A stretch of DNA of 64,000 nt. Origin: Acidobacteriota bacterium. GTDB lineage: Bacteria; Acidobacteriota; Thermoanaerobaculia; Gp7-AA8. The position numbers were made by a program, and so were the translations under genes. Below are positions 28,687 through 38,320 of the stretch, one piece after another. How positions within the stretch are numbered: position 1 is the first letter of the stretch; the number at the start of each line of letters is the position of its first letter. Location: NCBI GenBank assembly GCA_021325515.1, contig JAJPHC010000030.1, positions 78,976 through 142,975 of the forward strand. Reading direction: 5' to 3'. The notes beneath the pieces were generated by a model, which was not told where the DNA came from, did not search any database, and saw nothing but the letters and a program-made list of their open reading frames with translations.

Positions 28687-31248
28687 CTACTTCGCCAGAT
28701 AGCGCGCGAGGGCCGGAGCCTGCATCTCGCGATACGCGGTACAGATCTCGATCTGCTCCTTCGCCGCGCGGAGGCGCCTCTCCGCGCCCGGTGCGGAATG
28801 CGCGGCGAAAAACTCGTCGATCTCCTTCTCCGTCTTCGCGTCGCACGCCGCGGAGAGCCCGCCGACCGCCGACTCCAGTGCCCAGTACGGGAAGTGTTTC
28901 GACACCTCGCTCCACTTCGTCCGCATCCACTCCCATGTCGCGGCGCGCGTTGCGGGATTCTCGAGCAAAGCGCCGAGGTAGCGCGGCGAATCCTGCGAGC
29001 GGACCTCGCTGCCGGTCACGAACTCGAGCTCGCGATTCGCGAGCGCGGGATCGCGAAAGCCCATCAGCGCAAAGCTCCAGCGCGCATGGCCCTCGGGCGT
29101 CTTCGCCTTGCGCCGCGCCTCGACCATCCGCTCGAAGAGCGCCGCATCGCCATGACGCGCCGCGATGCGAATGGCGGCGCTGGCCATCGTCGGATCGAAC
29201 GCGCGCGGATCCTCCAGCAGCTTCGCCGTCATCTCCTTCGCCGTCGCGATCACCGCGGCATCTTCCGCGCCATTGCCGAGCATCGTCAGCACCGCGGCGC
29301 GCGCCTCGCGCTGTTCGTCACTCTCGTTCGCCTTCGGCGTCCAGCCGCCCTCCGGCAGCCATCGCTTCGCCGTGGCGCTCACCCACTGCCGCCATGCGGC
29401 GCGCTGCGCATCGCTCACGAGCTCGTTGCCGATCGACTCGATTCGCTCCGCGACCGCGACGATCTCGCTGCGCGAGGCGTTGGCCGGCAGTGCAGCGACC
29501 AGCGCGAGATCGTCTCCGATCTCGCGCCGCCGTGCACGGACGAGCATCCAGTCGTCGCCGAGGAGAGCGATGCGCTCCGGAGCGGAGAGTTGAGAGAGAT
29601 GCTCGCGCAGCCGGGCGAGATCGCCCTTCGAATACTGCGTGACGTAGAAGCCGGTGCCTTTGGCGTTCAGCAGGAGCGGCGAGCCGCAGCCCTGGAACGT
29701 GAACTTCTGTACAGGCTTGTCGATGAGGGTGCAGCGCTCGGTCAGGCTTCCGGTGCTCCTGACACAAACCGGAATCTGCCAGACCGCCGCCTGTCCATCC
29801 GGCGCACCCGCCATCAGGAAGCGCTCCTGCTTCACCTCGACGACCCGCGCATCCCGTTCGCAGGATTCGCTCGCGGTGATCACCGGAACGCCGGGCTGCG
29901 TCACGAACGACACCATCACGCGGTCGACGGGCTGCTTCACCGTCGCCGCCATCGTGTTCCAGAAGTCCTCGCCTGCCGCATTGCTCCACGAATACTTCTT
30001 CAGGTAGGCGCTGATGCCGTCGCGGAACGGGTCCTCTCCCACCCAGTGCTCAACCATCCGCAGCACCGCGGCCGTCTTGCCATACGCGATGCCGTCGAAC
30101 AGCTCGTTGATCTCGGAGCTCTTCGTGGCGTCGGTGCGGATCGCTCGCGTCGCACGCATCGAATCGATCTCGACCGAGTGCCTCGACGACGCAGCGTTGG
30201 CCGCGTCCTGATTCCAGTCGGGATGTGCGGCGGCCAGCGCCTTGGGCGTCATGAACGTGGCGAAGCCCTCGTTGAGCCAGATGTCGTTCCACCACTTCAT
30301 GGTCACGAGATCGCCGAACCACTGATGCGCGATCTCGTGTCCGATCGTCCCTCCGATACGCCGCTTCATCTCCGGCGATGCCGAGGGCGAGGCGAGCAGC
30401 GCGACTTCGCGATAGGTGATCGCGCCTGCGTTCTCCATCGCGCCTGCCTGAAAGTCGGGAATGCCGATGTTGTCGAGCTTCGCGAACGGATACCTGATGC
30501 CGTAGTAGGACTCGTAATAGCCGAGCGAGTCCTTTGCCGTCTGCACCGCCCACTGCGTCAGCGCCGCATTCTCCGGCGTCGCGCAGACGCGGATCGGCAC
30601 TCCGTTCTGTGCGCCATCCGTACATTGGAAGTCGCCAACCAGCATCGCGACGAGATACGTCGAGATGCGCGGCGTGGTGGCGAAGCGCACTTCGTGGCGG
30701 CCATCCGGCAGATTCGTATCCGACACCACCGGCATGTTCGAGATCGCGTTGTCGCCCTTCGGCACAACGATCGTGATGTCGAACACCGCCTTCATCGCCG
30801 GCTCGTCGAACGAAGGGAACGCGCGGCGCGCGTCCGTCGCCTCGAACTGCGTGACCGCGTATTTCCTCCGCGAAGTCGTGCTCAGGTAGAACCCGCGGAG
30901 CTGCTGTTTCAGCGTTCCATCGAAGGCGATGGAGATCGAGGCTTTGCCCGGGCCGGCCGGCGAGGCGAGATCGAGCGTGGCCGTCTCGGCCTTCGGATCC
31001 ATCGTCACCTTCGCCGCGATGCCGTTCACGCTCACATCATGCAGATCGAGCGTCAGCGCATTCAGCACGATCGACTGCACGCGCTCCTTCAGCTCGACGT
31101 CGATCGTCTCCTCTCCCTTGAACGATTCGTGCTCGAGATCCGGCTCCATCCGGATCGCGTAATGGACCGGCACGACATTGCCCGGCAGCCGCTGCGCGCC
31201 GGCCGTGGCTGCGAGGAGGAATGAGGCGAGGATCAGAATCTTCTTCAA
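28687..31248 (-). CDS. pepN: Secreted M1-family aminopeptidase N-like zinc metallopeptidase
   Basis: GAMEN exopeptidase motif plus HEIAHQWFGDLVTMKWWNDIWLNEGFA (HEXXH-18-E). A TTG start with an AAGGAG RBS gives a signal peptide MKKILILASFLLAATAGA. Confidence 0.85.
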   Translation of the reverse strand: MKKILILASFLLAATAGAQRLPGNVVPVHYAIRMEPDLEHESFKGEETIDVELKERVQSIVLNALTLDLHDVSVNGIAAKVTMDPKAETATLDLASPAGPGKASISIAFDGTLKQQLRGFYLSTTSRRKYAVTQFEATDARRAFPSFDEPAMKAVFDITIVVPKGDNAISNMPVVSDTNLPDGRHEVRFATTPRISTYLVAMLVGDFQCTDGAQNGVPIRVCATPENAALTQWAVQTAKDSLGYYESYYGIRYPFAKLDNIGIPDFQAGAMENAGAITYREVALLASPSASPEMKRRIGGTIGHEIAHQWFGDLVTMKWWNDIWLNEGFATFMTPKALAAAHPDWNQDAANAASSRHSVEIDSMRATRAIRTDATKSSEINELFDGIAYGKTAAVLRMVEHWVGEDPFRDGISAYLKKYSWSNAAGEDFWNTMAATVKQPVDRVMVSFVTQPGVPVITASESCERDARVVEVKQERFLMAGAPDGQAAVWQIPVCVRSTGSLTERCTLIDKPVQKFTFQGCGSPLLLNAKGTGFYVTQYSKGDLARLREHLSQLSAPERIALLGDDWMLVRARRREIGDDLALVAALPANASRSEIVAVAERIESIGNELVSDAQRAAWRQWVSATAKRWLPEGGWTPKANESDEQREARAAVLTMLGNGAEDAAVIATAKEMTAKLLEDPRAFDPTMASAAIRIAARHGDAALFERMVEARRKAKTPEGHARWSFALMGFRDPALANRELEFVTGSEVRSQDSPRYLGALLENPATRAATWEWMRTKWSEVSKHFPYWALESAVGGLSAACDAKTEKEIDEFFAAHSAPGAERRLRAAKEQIEICTAYREMQAPALARYLAK

Positions 31249-31859
31249 CGTGTCTCCTTCTGTTCGAGGATGAATGACGCCACCAGTTCGATCGCCGACT
31301 TCATGTGTTGTGCGTGGGTGAATCCCGACTGCTTGCGCGGCTTGAAGGAGTGATCGCCATCGGCGAGCCACTCGATGTGAATCGACTTCGACAGTTTGTA
31401 CTTCGCGACCTCCTCGGGAGTGCCGAAGGGATCGCGCTCGCCCTGCACGATGAGCGCCCGCGTCTGCAGCGATTCGAGATGCTTCGTGCGCGTCTTCTCC
31501 GGCGCGCCGGGCGGATGAAAGGGATAGCCGAGGCATGCCAGGCCGCGGACGGAGAGCTCGTCGGCGACCATGCTCGCCATGCGGCCGCCCATCGACTTGC
31601 CGCCGATGAAGACGTCGCTGCCCATCGTACGCACGACTTCACGCCAGCAGTCGAGCAGCACATCCTGACGATCCGGTGCACCTGCCTTTTTTCCCTCGCG
31701 GCGCGCAGCCATGTAGGGAAATTCGAACCGAACCACGCGAACGCCGCGCGCAGCGAGCCCGCGCGCGATGTCGTTCATCCACGCCGAATCCATCGCGCCG
31801 CCGGCGCCATGCGCGAGGATGAGAGCCGGTCCGTCATCAGGGCCGTCGATCAGAAACAT
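31245..31859 (-). CDS. Alpha/beta-hydrolase fold protein (dienelactone-hydrolase-like predicted esterase)
   Basis: A nucleophile-elbow-like GGKSMGG motif is present. The protein is ~200 aa, the right size for this fold. Confidence 0.55.
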   Translation of the reverse strand: MFLIDGPDDGPALILAHGAGGAMDSAWMNDIARGLAARGVRVVRFEFPYMAARREGKKAGAPDRQDVLLDCWREVVRTMGSDVFIGGKSMGGRMASMVADELSVRGLACLGYPFHPPGAPEKTRTKHLESLQTRALIVQGERDPFGTPEEVAKYKLSKSIHIEWLADGDHSFKPRKQSGFTHAQHMKSAIELVASFILEQKETR

Positions 31860-31979
31860 GGAGCCGGCATTTTAGGGCAGGCCGCAGGCAGCAGAGCGCG
31901 CGGGAGGAAAAGGAACGATGACAGTTTTTCCTGCTGCCCGCTGCCTGAATCGGGCACAAGTTGAGCAACAACCACGGCC

Positions 31980-33986
31980 ATGATCTCCGGCTGGCGGCGG
32001 GGTGATCCAGAGGAAGCGCTCCTCAGACGCGAATGGCTCGTGACCAACGGTCTCGGCGGCTATGCGAGCGGCACGATCGGTGGTGCGTGCACGCGCCGCT
32101 TCCACGGCTTTCTCATCGCGGCAATGCCCGCGCCTCTCGGCCGCGTGATGATGTTCAATCACCTCGAAGAGCATCTCGTCATCAACGGAGAGACCACCTA
32201 CCGGCTGAGCGCGGACGAGCACAACACGCCGTCGCCGATCCGCTATCCGACGTCCGACATCCTCGAACAGCTCGTGCTCGAGAACGGGTTGCCCGTCTGG
32301 CACTACGCACGCGACGGCGTGCACATCGAGAAGCGCGTCGTGATGCCGCACCTGCAGAACACGACGTACATCATCTACAGACTCGTGACCGCGCCGCACG
32401 CAGTCACTCTCGAGCTGCGGCCCTCGCTGCACTTCCGCCCGCACGAAGGTCTTCTGACGGAGGAGGTTTCGCAGAAGTGGACGATCACGCCGCATGAGAA
32501 CGGAGTCGAGATCAGCGACGGCCGTCCCTACCCTCCACTCCGCCTCCAATTCCTGGGGCGCGGCGAGTTGCATCGCGAGCAGATCGTGCACAACGGCGTG
32601 ATCTATCGCATCGAGCGCGCCCGCGGCTATGAGTTCGAAGGCGGGCTGTGGAGTCCCGGCGTGATTCGCTTCACGATCGAGCCGGGGCATGAAGTGGGTC
32701 TGATCGCCTCCGTGGAACCGTGGGATGCGATTCGCGCCATGGACGCCGGCGATGCCTGCGTCGCCGAACACGCGCGTCGCGGCAAACTGAAGACGATCGC
32801 GAAGAGTGCGAACGGCGACGAGTTTCGCAGCCAGCTCGTGCTCGCCGCGGACCAGTTCCTCATCTCACCCCGCACGCGTGCCGCCGATGAAGCGCGCGCG
32901 CACGCCACGGGCGACGACCCGCGGACGGTGATCGCCGGCTATCACTGGTTCACCGACTGGGGCCGCGACACGATGATCAGCCTCGAGGGACTCACGCTCG
33001 TCACGGGACGCCATCGCGAAGCCGGCAACATCCTCCGCACGTTCGCCTCCTACATCCGCGACGGCCTCATTCCCAACATGTTCCCCGAAGGTGAGCATGA
33101 AGGTCTGTACCACACCGCCGACGCCACGATGTGGTTCTTCCACGCCGTGGCGCGCTACATCCGCTACACGAACGACCGCGACACACTGCGGCAACTCCTG
33201 CCGAAGATGGTCGAGATCATCGACCATCACATTCGCGGCACGCGCTTCAACATCCATGTCGATCCCGAGGATGGGCTGCTGTCGCAGGGGGCGGAGGGAT
33301 ATCAACTGACGTGGATGGATGCGAAGGTCGGCGACTGGGTCGTCACGCCGCGGCGCGGCAAGGCGGTGGAGATCAACGCGCTGTATTACAACGCCCTCTG
33401 CATCCTGGAGGGGTTTCTGCGCGAGGAGGGCGATGAGGCCAACGCCGCACGCATGCAGCAATACGCGGCGAAGGCCCGCGCGTCGTTCAATCAGCGCTTC
33501 TGGAACGAAGAAGGTCAATATCTTTACGATGTGGTCGATCCGAACGACCCCGCCTGCCGTCCCAATCAGATCTTCGCCATCTCACTCGACCATCCCGTGC
33601 TGAATGAATCGAGGTGGAAGCGCGTGATCGGCGTCGTCGAGGAGCGGCTGCTCACGCCGTACGGGCTTCGCTCGCTGAGCCGCGATCATCCCGATTACAA
33701 GAAGGCCTACGACGGCGATCTGCGCGCCCGCGATGCGGCGTATCACCAGGGGACGGTGTGGGGCTGGCTCATCGGCCCCTTCATCGATGCCTGGCGGAAG
33801 GTGCATCCCGGCGAGGATGCGAGCCGGTTTCTCGCAGCATTTCCGAAGCATATGGAAGAAGCCTGCATCGGCACGATCGCCGAGATCTTCGACGCCGAGC
33901 CGCCGTATCACCCCAGAGGATGCGCAGCGCAGGCGTGGAGTGTGGCGGAAGTGTTGCGGTGTGCTGGTGAGTCGGTCACGCGGTAG
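31980..33986 (+). CDS. Glycogen-debranching-enzyme-type glycoside hydrolase (amylo-alpha-1,6-glucosidase GDE_C family with N-terminal GDE_N domain)
   Basis: The N-terminus (LVTNGLGGYASGTIGGACTRRFHGFLIA) and C-terminus (YHQGTVWGWLIGPFIDAW) are typical of archaeal-type GDE proteins. Confidence 0.65.
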   Translation: MISGWRRGDPEEALLRREWLVTNGLGGYASGTIGGACTRRFHGFLIAAMPAPLGRVMMFNHLEEHLVINGETTYRLSADEHNTPSPIRYPTSDILEQLVLENGLPVWHYARDGVHIEKRVVMPHLQNTTYIIYRLVTAPHAVTLELRPSLHFRPHEGLLTEEVSQKWTITPHENGVEISDGRPYPPLRLQFLGRGELHREQIVHNGVIYRIERARGYEFEGGLWSPGVIRFTIEPGHEVGLIASVEPWDAIRAMDAGDACVAEHARRGKLKTIAKSANGDEFRSQLVLAADQFLISPRTRAADEARAHATGDDPRTVIAGYHWFTDWGRDTMISLEGLTLVTGRHREAGNILRTFASYIRDGLIPNMFPEGEHEGLYHTADATMWFFHAVARYIRYTNDRDTLRQLLPKMVEIIDHHIRGTRFNIHVDPEDGLLSQGAEGYQLTWMDAKVGDWVVTPRRGKAVEINALYYNALCILEGFLREEGDEANAARMQQYAAKARASFNQRFWNEEGQYLYDVVDPNDPACRPNQIFAISLDHPVLNESRWKRVIGVVEERLLTPYGLRSLSRDHPDYKKAYDGDLRARDAAYHQGTVWGWLIGPFIDAWRKVHPGEDASRFLAAFPKHMEEACIGTIAEIFDAEPPYHPRGCAAQAWSVAEVLRCAGESVTR

Positions 33987-34099
33987 CGCGGGCCCGCGGG
34001 CTCGCGGTGGAAACGGCGACGAAGAACTCGAAATCGCTTAAACCGCGTACCCGCGTAACCGCGAGCCCGCGCAACCACCTACGAGCCCGCGCAACCACA
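33986..34099. repeat. GC-rich intergenic repeat cluster: palindrome GCGGGCCCGC, then two direct copies of CGAGCCCGCGCAACCAC
   Basis: Read directly. The same 17-mer family recurs (reverse-complemented) at 51553-51620 and in a related form at 53886-53947. Confidence 0.5.
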
Positions 34100-34462
34100 T
34101 TACTTCTTCTCCGCCGCCCACTTCATCCAGAGATCGGTGATGTCGAAGTAGACCGTGTGCTGCGAATGATCCGGCAGCTCGACGGTGATGATGTCGTAGT
34201 GGCGGTCGTTCTGATGAGCGACGGCGAACTTCAGGCGCCGGAAACGGCCGAAGCGGTCGTAGATCCAGTTGTTCTCGAACTTGACTTCGTCCCCTTCCAC
34301 GGGAACCGGGACGGCGGTCGTCGTGGAATCGCCGTACGTATCCTTCAGCGCTTCGGCGGAGACGGCCGGAGGTGCAGCGGCTGGTTGGGGCTTCGGCGCC
34401 GGAGCCGGTTTCGGCGTGGCGCAGGCGATGGTGAGGAGGATGAGGATCAGAGCGCGCTTCAT
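34100..34462 (-). CDS. Small Pro/Ala-rich lipoprotein (hypothetical)
   Basis: Lipoprotein signal MKRALILILLTIAC. The start was taken at the internal ATG. Confidence 0.4.
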   Translation of the reverse strand: MKRALILILLTIACATPKPAPAPKPQPAAAPPAVSAEALKDTYGDSTTTAVPVPVEGDEVKFENNWIYDRFGRFRRLKFAVAHQNDRHYDIITVELPDHSQHTVYFDITDLWMKWAAEKK

Positions 34463-34506
34463 GGTTGTCCTTCTCAGTGTAACGCGCGAGCTGCACGAGG
34501 TGAGCA

Positions 34507-35505
34507 CTAGGCGAGATCCTCGTACAGGCGCAGATAGGTCTCGTATCTCGCGGCATTGATTTCCCGCCGCTCCAGCCGTTCCTTCACCTCGCAATCCGGC
34601 TCGTGGACGTGCGTGCAGTCGGTGAACCTGCAGTACTCCGCGGGCTCCTCGAACTCCGGGAAGTAGTCGCGCAGCGACGCGCGATCGAGATCCCACAATC
34701 CGAACTCGCGGATGCCGGGCGTGTCGATGAGATACGTCCCGCCGCCGAAGTCATACAGCGTCGATGCCGTCGTCGTATGCCGTCCGGTACCCCGCCGGTG
34801 CAGCGTGTTCGTCGCGAGCTGCAGGCGCTGATCGATCGCGTTGAGAATCGACGACTTCCCCACCCCGCTATGTCCCACCAGCGCCGTCGTCATCCCCTCT
34901 GCCTCGGCCCGCAGTGCGTCGAGACCCTCTCCCGTCCGGGTCGAGCAGGCGATGACAGGAACCTCCAGCGCGCGATAAACGTCGAGCCGCGCAAGCTCTT
35001 CGCGCCGGTCCTCGTCATCGAGGAGATCGATCTTGTTCACGCAGATCACCGGCCGCGCGCCGCCGCGCATGATCGCGATGAGGTAGCGGTCGATGAGCCG
35101 CGGCCGCAACGGCGGCGCCTTGACCGACACGACGTGCACGACGACGTCGATGTTCGCGGCGATGAGGCGCTGCATGTGCGGGCGCAGCGGATCGGGCCGC
35201 GCCAGCGCGCTGCGGCGCGGCAGGATCGACTCCAGCCGCCACGCGCCGGCCTCGCCCGCGACCACGATGCGGTCGCCGACGGCGAGCATGCTCTTCTGCT
35301 TCACGGCGATGCCGGAGGGAACGACGACGTCGATCTCCTCCCCGCGATACACCGCGCGGCAGCGCGCGCTGCCGACATAGATCACGATCGCCGTCTCGCC
35401 GCGGGGTGCATCCACAGCTCCGCCGGGGGCGAGGAGCTCGTCCCAGCTTCCCTCCGGCCGCTCATGCTGATGCCGGAGCTCTCCGCTCTTTCTGCCTCTT
35501 TTCAT
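34507..35505 (-). CDS. rsgA: Ribosome small-subunit-dependent GTPase A
   Basis: Circularly permuted GTPase motifs (LVGHSGVGKSSILNAI) and the C-terminal zinc-finger CRFTDCTHVHEPDC. Confidence 0.85.
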   Translation of the reverse strand: MKRGRKSGELRHQHERPEGSWDELLAPGGAVDAPRGETAIVIYVGSARCRAVYRGEEIDVVVPSGIAVKQKSMLAVGDRIVVAGEAGAWRLESILPRRSALARPDPLRPHMQRLIAANIDVVVHVVSVKAPPLRPRLIDRYLIAIMRGGARPVICVNKIDLLDDEDRREELARLDVYRALEVPVIACSTRTGEGLDALRAEAEGMTTALVGHSGVGKSSILNAIDQRLQLATNTLHRRGTGRHTTTASTLYDFGGGTYLIDTPGIREFGLWDLDRASLRDYFPEFEEPAEYCRFTDCTHVHEPDCEVKERLERREINAARYETYLRLYEDLA

Positions 35506-35546
35506 CTGGAAAAATTCTTCTGTGTAGAATACCGTCCGTTCAATTC

Positions 35547-36002
35547 ATGACAACGAACGAGAAACCCGTCGTCCTTCTCATCGACGATAACGAGGCGACC
35601 TGCACGCTCATTACGGCCGTGTTGCAGCGCGAGTTCGTAACGGATGCCGTACCTGACGGGGCCGACGCGATCGAACGGCTGAAGACGAGGCGGTATGCGG
35701 CGATTCTGCTCGACCTCCGCATGCCGAACATCGACGGGTACGCCGTGCTCGAGCATCTGAAGAGCACGCGTCCGGATCTGCTTCCATCCGTCCTCGTCGT
35801 CACCGCCTCCCTCACGCAGCGAGAGTTGTCGCGCGTGCATGGCTACGATGTACACGGCATCGTCGCGAAGCCGTTCGACGTCGAGGAACTGCTCGCCGCG
35901 GTCAAGCGCTGCGCGAACCCCGCACCGCCTCCCGGCGGTGCGATTCTCAACGGCGCGATGCTGCTGTTTCTCGCGGATCTCATTCAGAAGCGATTGATGT
36001 AG
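35547..36002 (+). CDS. Stand-alone response-regulator receiver domain protein (CheY-like)
   Basis: Receiver-domain signature (VVLLIDDNEA...ILLDLRMPNIDG...VVTAS...KPF). There is no output domain. Confidence 0.7.
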   Translation: MTTNEKPVVLLIDDNEATCTLITAVLQREFVTDAVPDGADAIERLKTRRYAAILLDLRMPNIDGYAVLEHLKSTRPDLLPSVLVVTASLTQRELSRVHGYDVHGIVAKPFDVEELLAAVKRCANPAPPPGGAILNGAMLLFLADLIQKRLM

Positions 36003-36028
36003 CGGAGCGGAGACATCCGCGCTCCTTC

Positions 36029-36457
36029 TCACATCTTCGCCAGCATCGCGATCAACGGGCCGCCCGCGATCATCGATGCGATGGCCATTGCGCCCAGCGG
36101 GCCGCGCCCGCGGATCTCAACGCAGGCGCGCACCAGCGTCGCGACATCGCGCGGATCGAACGGCTTGCGGATGATGCCGTGCACCAGCCTCGCGTCGAGC
36201 TCGTTCACCATCGACTGATCAGCGCCCGTCACCACCAGCACGACCGGCGAATCCTTGCGAACGGCTTCCAGGAGCTGGAAGCCGTTCATGGCCGGCATCA
36301 TCAGATCCATCAGCATCACCGCGTAGCGGTTCGCATTCAGAAGCTCGAGCGCGTCCAGACCATTTTCCGCGGTGTCGGCTTCGATGCCTTCCTGCGCGAG
36401 AGTCGAACGGAGCAGCCCACGGATCTCTGCATCGTCATCGACGATGAGCACACGCAT
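36029..36457 (-). CDS. Stand-alone response-regulator receiver domain protein (CheY-like)
   Basis: Receiver-domain signature (MRVLIVDDDAEIR...MLMDLMMPAMNG...VVTG...KPFD). The ATG overlaps the stop of the upstream peptidase gene (ATGA). Confidence 0.7.
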   Translation of the reverse strand: MRVLIVDDDAEIRGLLRSTLAQEGIEADTAENGLDALELLNANRYAVMLMDLMMPAMNGFQLLEAVRKDSPVVLVVTGADQSMVNELDARLVHGIIRKPFDPRDVATLVRACVEIRGRGPLGAMAIASMIAGGPLIAMLAKM

Positions 36458-38172
36458 CACCGTACCCCCTCCGGGAAGGGAATGATGGGATCGACGTCGA
36501 CCGGCAGGTCCTTCGCCGCTTCGAGCGCCCCCTTCAACTCCTCCGGCATCCTGTCGTACTTCGCAAACCACGCCTCGGCCCGCGCGCGGTCGCCCGCGGC
36601 CTCGATCTCCAGCAGCTCTTTCGTCAGCGCGGCGATCGAGTCCGGCATCTTCTCGAGCGCCATTTCATATCGCCCGCTGCTGTTGCGCGTGATCGCGCCC
36701 CGTTCACGCAGGAAGTTGAACTCCATCATCTCTGCGCGGCCATGCGCCTCGCCGACGCCAAAGCGAACCGTGCGGAAGATGCCGGCAACGTACGACGCGT
36801 AGTACTCGTTGAGGCGCTCCTGCGGCAGCGCGCCATGCTCGACGAGCCACTTCAGACCGTACATGCCGGTGATGTCGGCCTTGGCCTCTTCCAGCGCGGA
36901 GTAGATCGGGCCGACGGCGGCGCGAATGTCAACCTGTTGACCATTCTGGCGCGCGAAAGCCGGGCCCAGCCCGTGACAGATCTCGTGCATCATCACCACG
37001 GTCAGCGTCCCCTCGGCCGACGCCATCGCGGCCTGGTCCTGCCGCATCACCCGCTTCGCGACGGGCAAGATCACATCGTTCACGCGCGCATCCATGTAGT
37101 TCTTGAAGAAGATCTTCTTGCTGCCCGCCTGCTGGTGGATCTTCGGATCATTCGGCAGATTGTCGGCAACCGCCTGGTAGCCGTGCCGCAGATCGCCGGC
37201 GCGGAACGGCGTATCCATCACTTCCATCGGCGACGCGTGGCCATGTTTCGACGGCCGGTCCTCGGCGGGCAGCGGAAGCGCGTCCTGAATGTCCGGAACG
37301 TACTTCTGAAACACGGCGAGCTTCCGGCTCTCCGGCTCGTTGCGGATCATCACCGCCGCGCCGTACGAGGTCTTCACGCCGAGGAGGCCGTCGAGGTAGG
37401 TTTCGTAGGGAGCGAAGATGACATCGATCTTCGGGTCTTTCATCTCCGCGACCCACACCAGATCGCTCGGATAGTAGTTGTCGTCGAGCAGCGCCTTGGC
37501 GCGGAGGCGGAGGAACCTGGCGAACGTCCTGTCCGGCGTGGCCGCAGCGGCGTTGCGCAAGTGCGAGGCCGCGCTGACGAGCCACTTGTGGTACTTCACG
37601 TGATAGGGCGTCGTCTTGAGCTTCAGCGGATCGCGGCTCACTAGTTCGACGACGGTGCGTTCGTCGTAGATCGCCTTCTTCTGTTCCGGATGTGCGGCGA
37701 CGTACTTCTCGATGTCCTCGCGGGTGAGCCCTTCGGGATAGAGGCTGCGGCCGGGCGGCATCGGCTCGCTGCCGTAGAACGGGCGATTCTCGTCGATCTG
37801 ATCGTAGTGGCTGCCCTGAATCCAGAGGTAGTGGTGCAGCGCCGGGTTAGCCTTGGCCGTCGCGTGATAGAGCTCGATGTCCGAGGGGGTCGCCTGCCGC
37901 CAGTAGATCTCTTCCAGATCGCGGCTTGCGGCAATCAGCTCCTGAACGGCCTTCCGTTCACCGGCAGAAAGATCGGAGCCGGTGAAGGTCATCTCCACCT
38001 TCTGAAACTTCTGCAGACGTTGTTCGATGTCGGGAGCAACCTTCGACGGATCGTAAGGCGCCGCGGCGAGCAGCAGGACCGCTGATAGGGCGAGAAGGCC
38101 AAATTGAAACTTGAACATTGAAAATTGAAAATTGGCCAGCGACTTCTTCATGCGCGAGATTGTAGTCCGCAC
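36457..38172 (-). CDS. Secreted zinc metallopeptidase, M49 (dipeptidyl-peptidase III)-like with an HEXXH variant
   Basis: An HEICHG motif and a downstream EEAKAD motif match the two DPP3 zinc-ligand blocks (HEXXGH / EECRAE). The signal peptide is partly encoded by heptamer-repeat DNA (FQFSMFKFQF). Confidence 0.5.
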   Translation of the reverse strand: MRTTISRMKKSLANFQFSMFKFQFGLLALSAVLLLAAAPYDPSKVAPDIEQRLQKFQKVEMTFTGSDLSAGERKAVQELIAASRDLEEIYWRQATPSDIELYHATAKANPALHHYLWIQGSHYDQIDENRPFYGSEPMPPGRSLYPEGLTREDIEKYVAAHPEQKKAIYDERTVVELVSRDPLKLKTTPYHVKYHKWLVSAASHLRNAAAATPDRTFARFLRLRAKALLDDNYYPSDLVWVAEMKDPKIDVIFAPYETYLDGLLGVKTSYGAAVMIRNEPESRKLAVFQKYVPDIQDALPLPAEDRPSKHGHASPMEVMDTPFRAGDLRHGYQAVADNLPNDPKIHQQAGSKKIFFKNYMDARVNDVILPVAKRVMRQDQAAMASAEGTLTVVMMHEICHGLGPAFARQNGQQVDIRAAVGPIYSALEEAKADITGMYGLKWLVEHGALPQERLNEYYASYVAGIFRTVRFGVGEAHGRAEMMEFNFLRERGAITRNSSGRYEMALEKMPDSIAALTKELLEIEAAGDRARAEAWFAKYDRMPEELKGALEAAKDLPVDVDPIIPFPEGVR

Positions 38173-38192
38173 ACTGGCATTTTCAATTTTGC

Positions 38193-38320
38193 TCCACGCT
38201 CGTGCTCGCTAGTGCGAAATTGAAAATTGAAAATTGAAAATTGAAAACGAAAGGCGGATCTTGCTTCGTTTTTCAATTTTCAATTTTCAATTTTCAATTT
38301 CGAAGCTCCACGCTCGTGCC
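38193..38320. repeat. MITE-like element. A near-perfect ~38-bp-arm hairpin built from tandem AATTGAA heptamers, flanked by 15-bp direct repeats GCTCCACGCTCGTGC
   Basis: Read directly: gaaattgaaaattgaaaattgaaaattgaaaacgaaag gcggatcttg cttcgtttttcaattttcaattttcaattttcaatttcg. The direct repeats lie at 38193-38207 and 38306-38320. The element overlaps the stop codon of the PAS-GGDEF-EAL gene. Confidence 0.6.

Noticed and set aside
38216-38302. Possible CRISPR array suggested by regularly spaced short repeats (also at 58865-58941 and 51627-51689)
   Set aside because: The units are 7 nt with no intervening unique spacers and are arranged as mirrored arms. This is not a CRISPR repeat-spacer architecture, and no cas genes are present.
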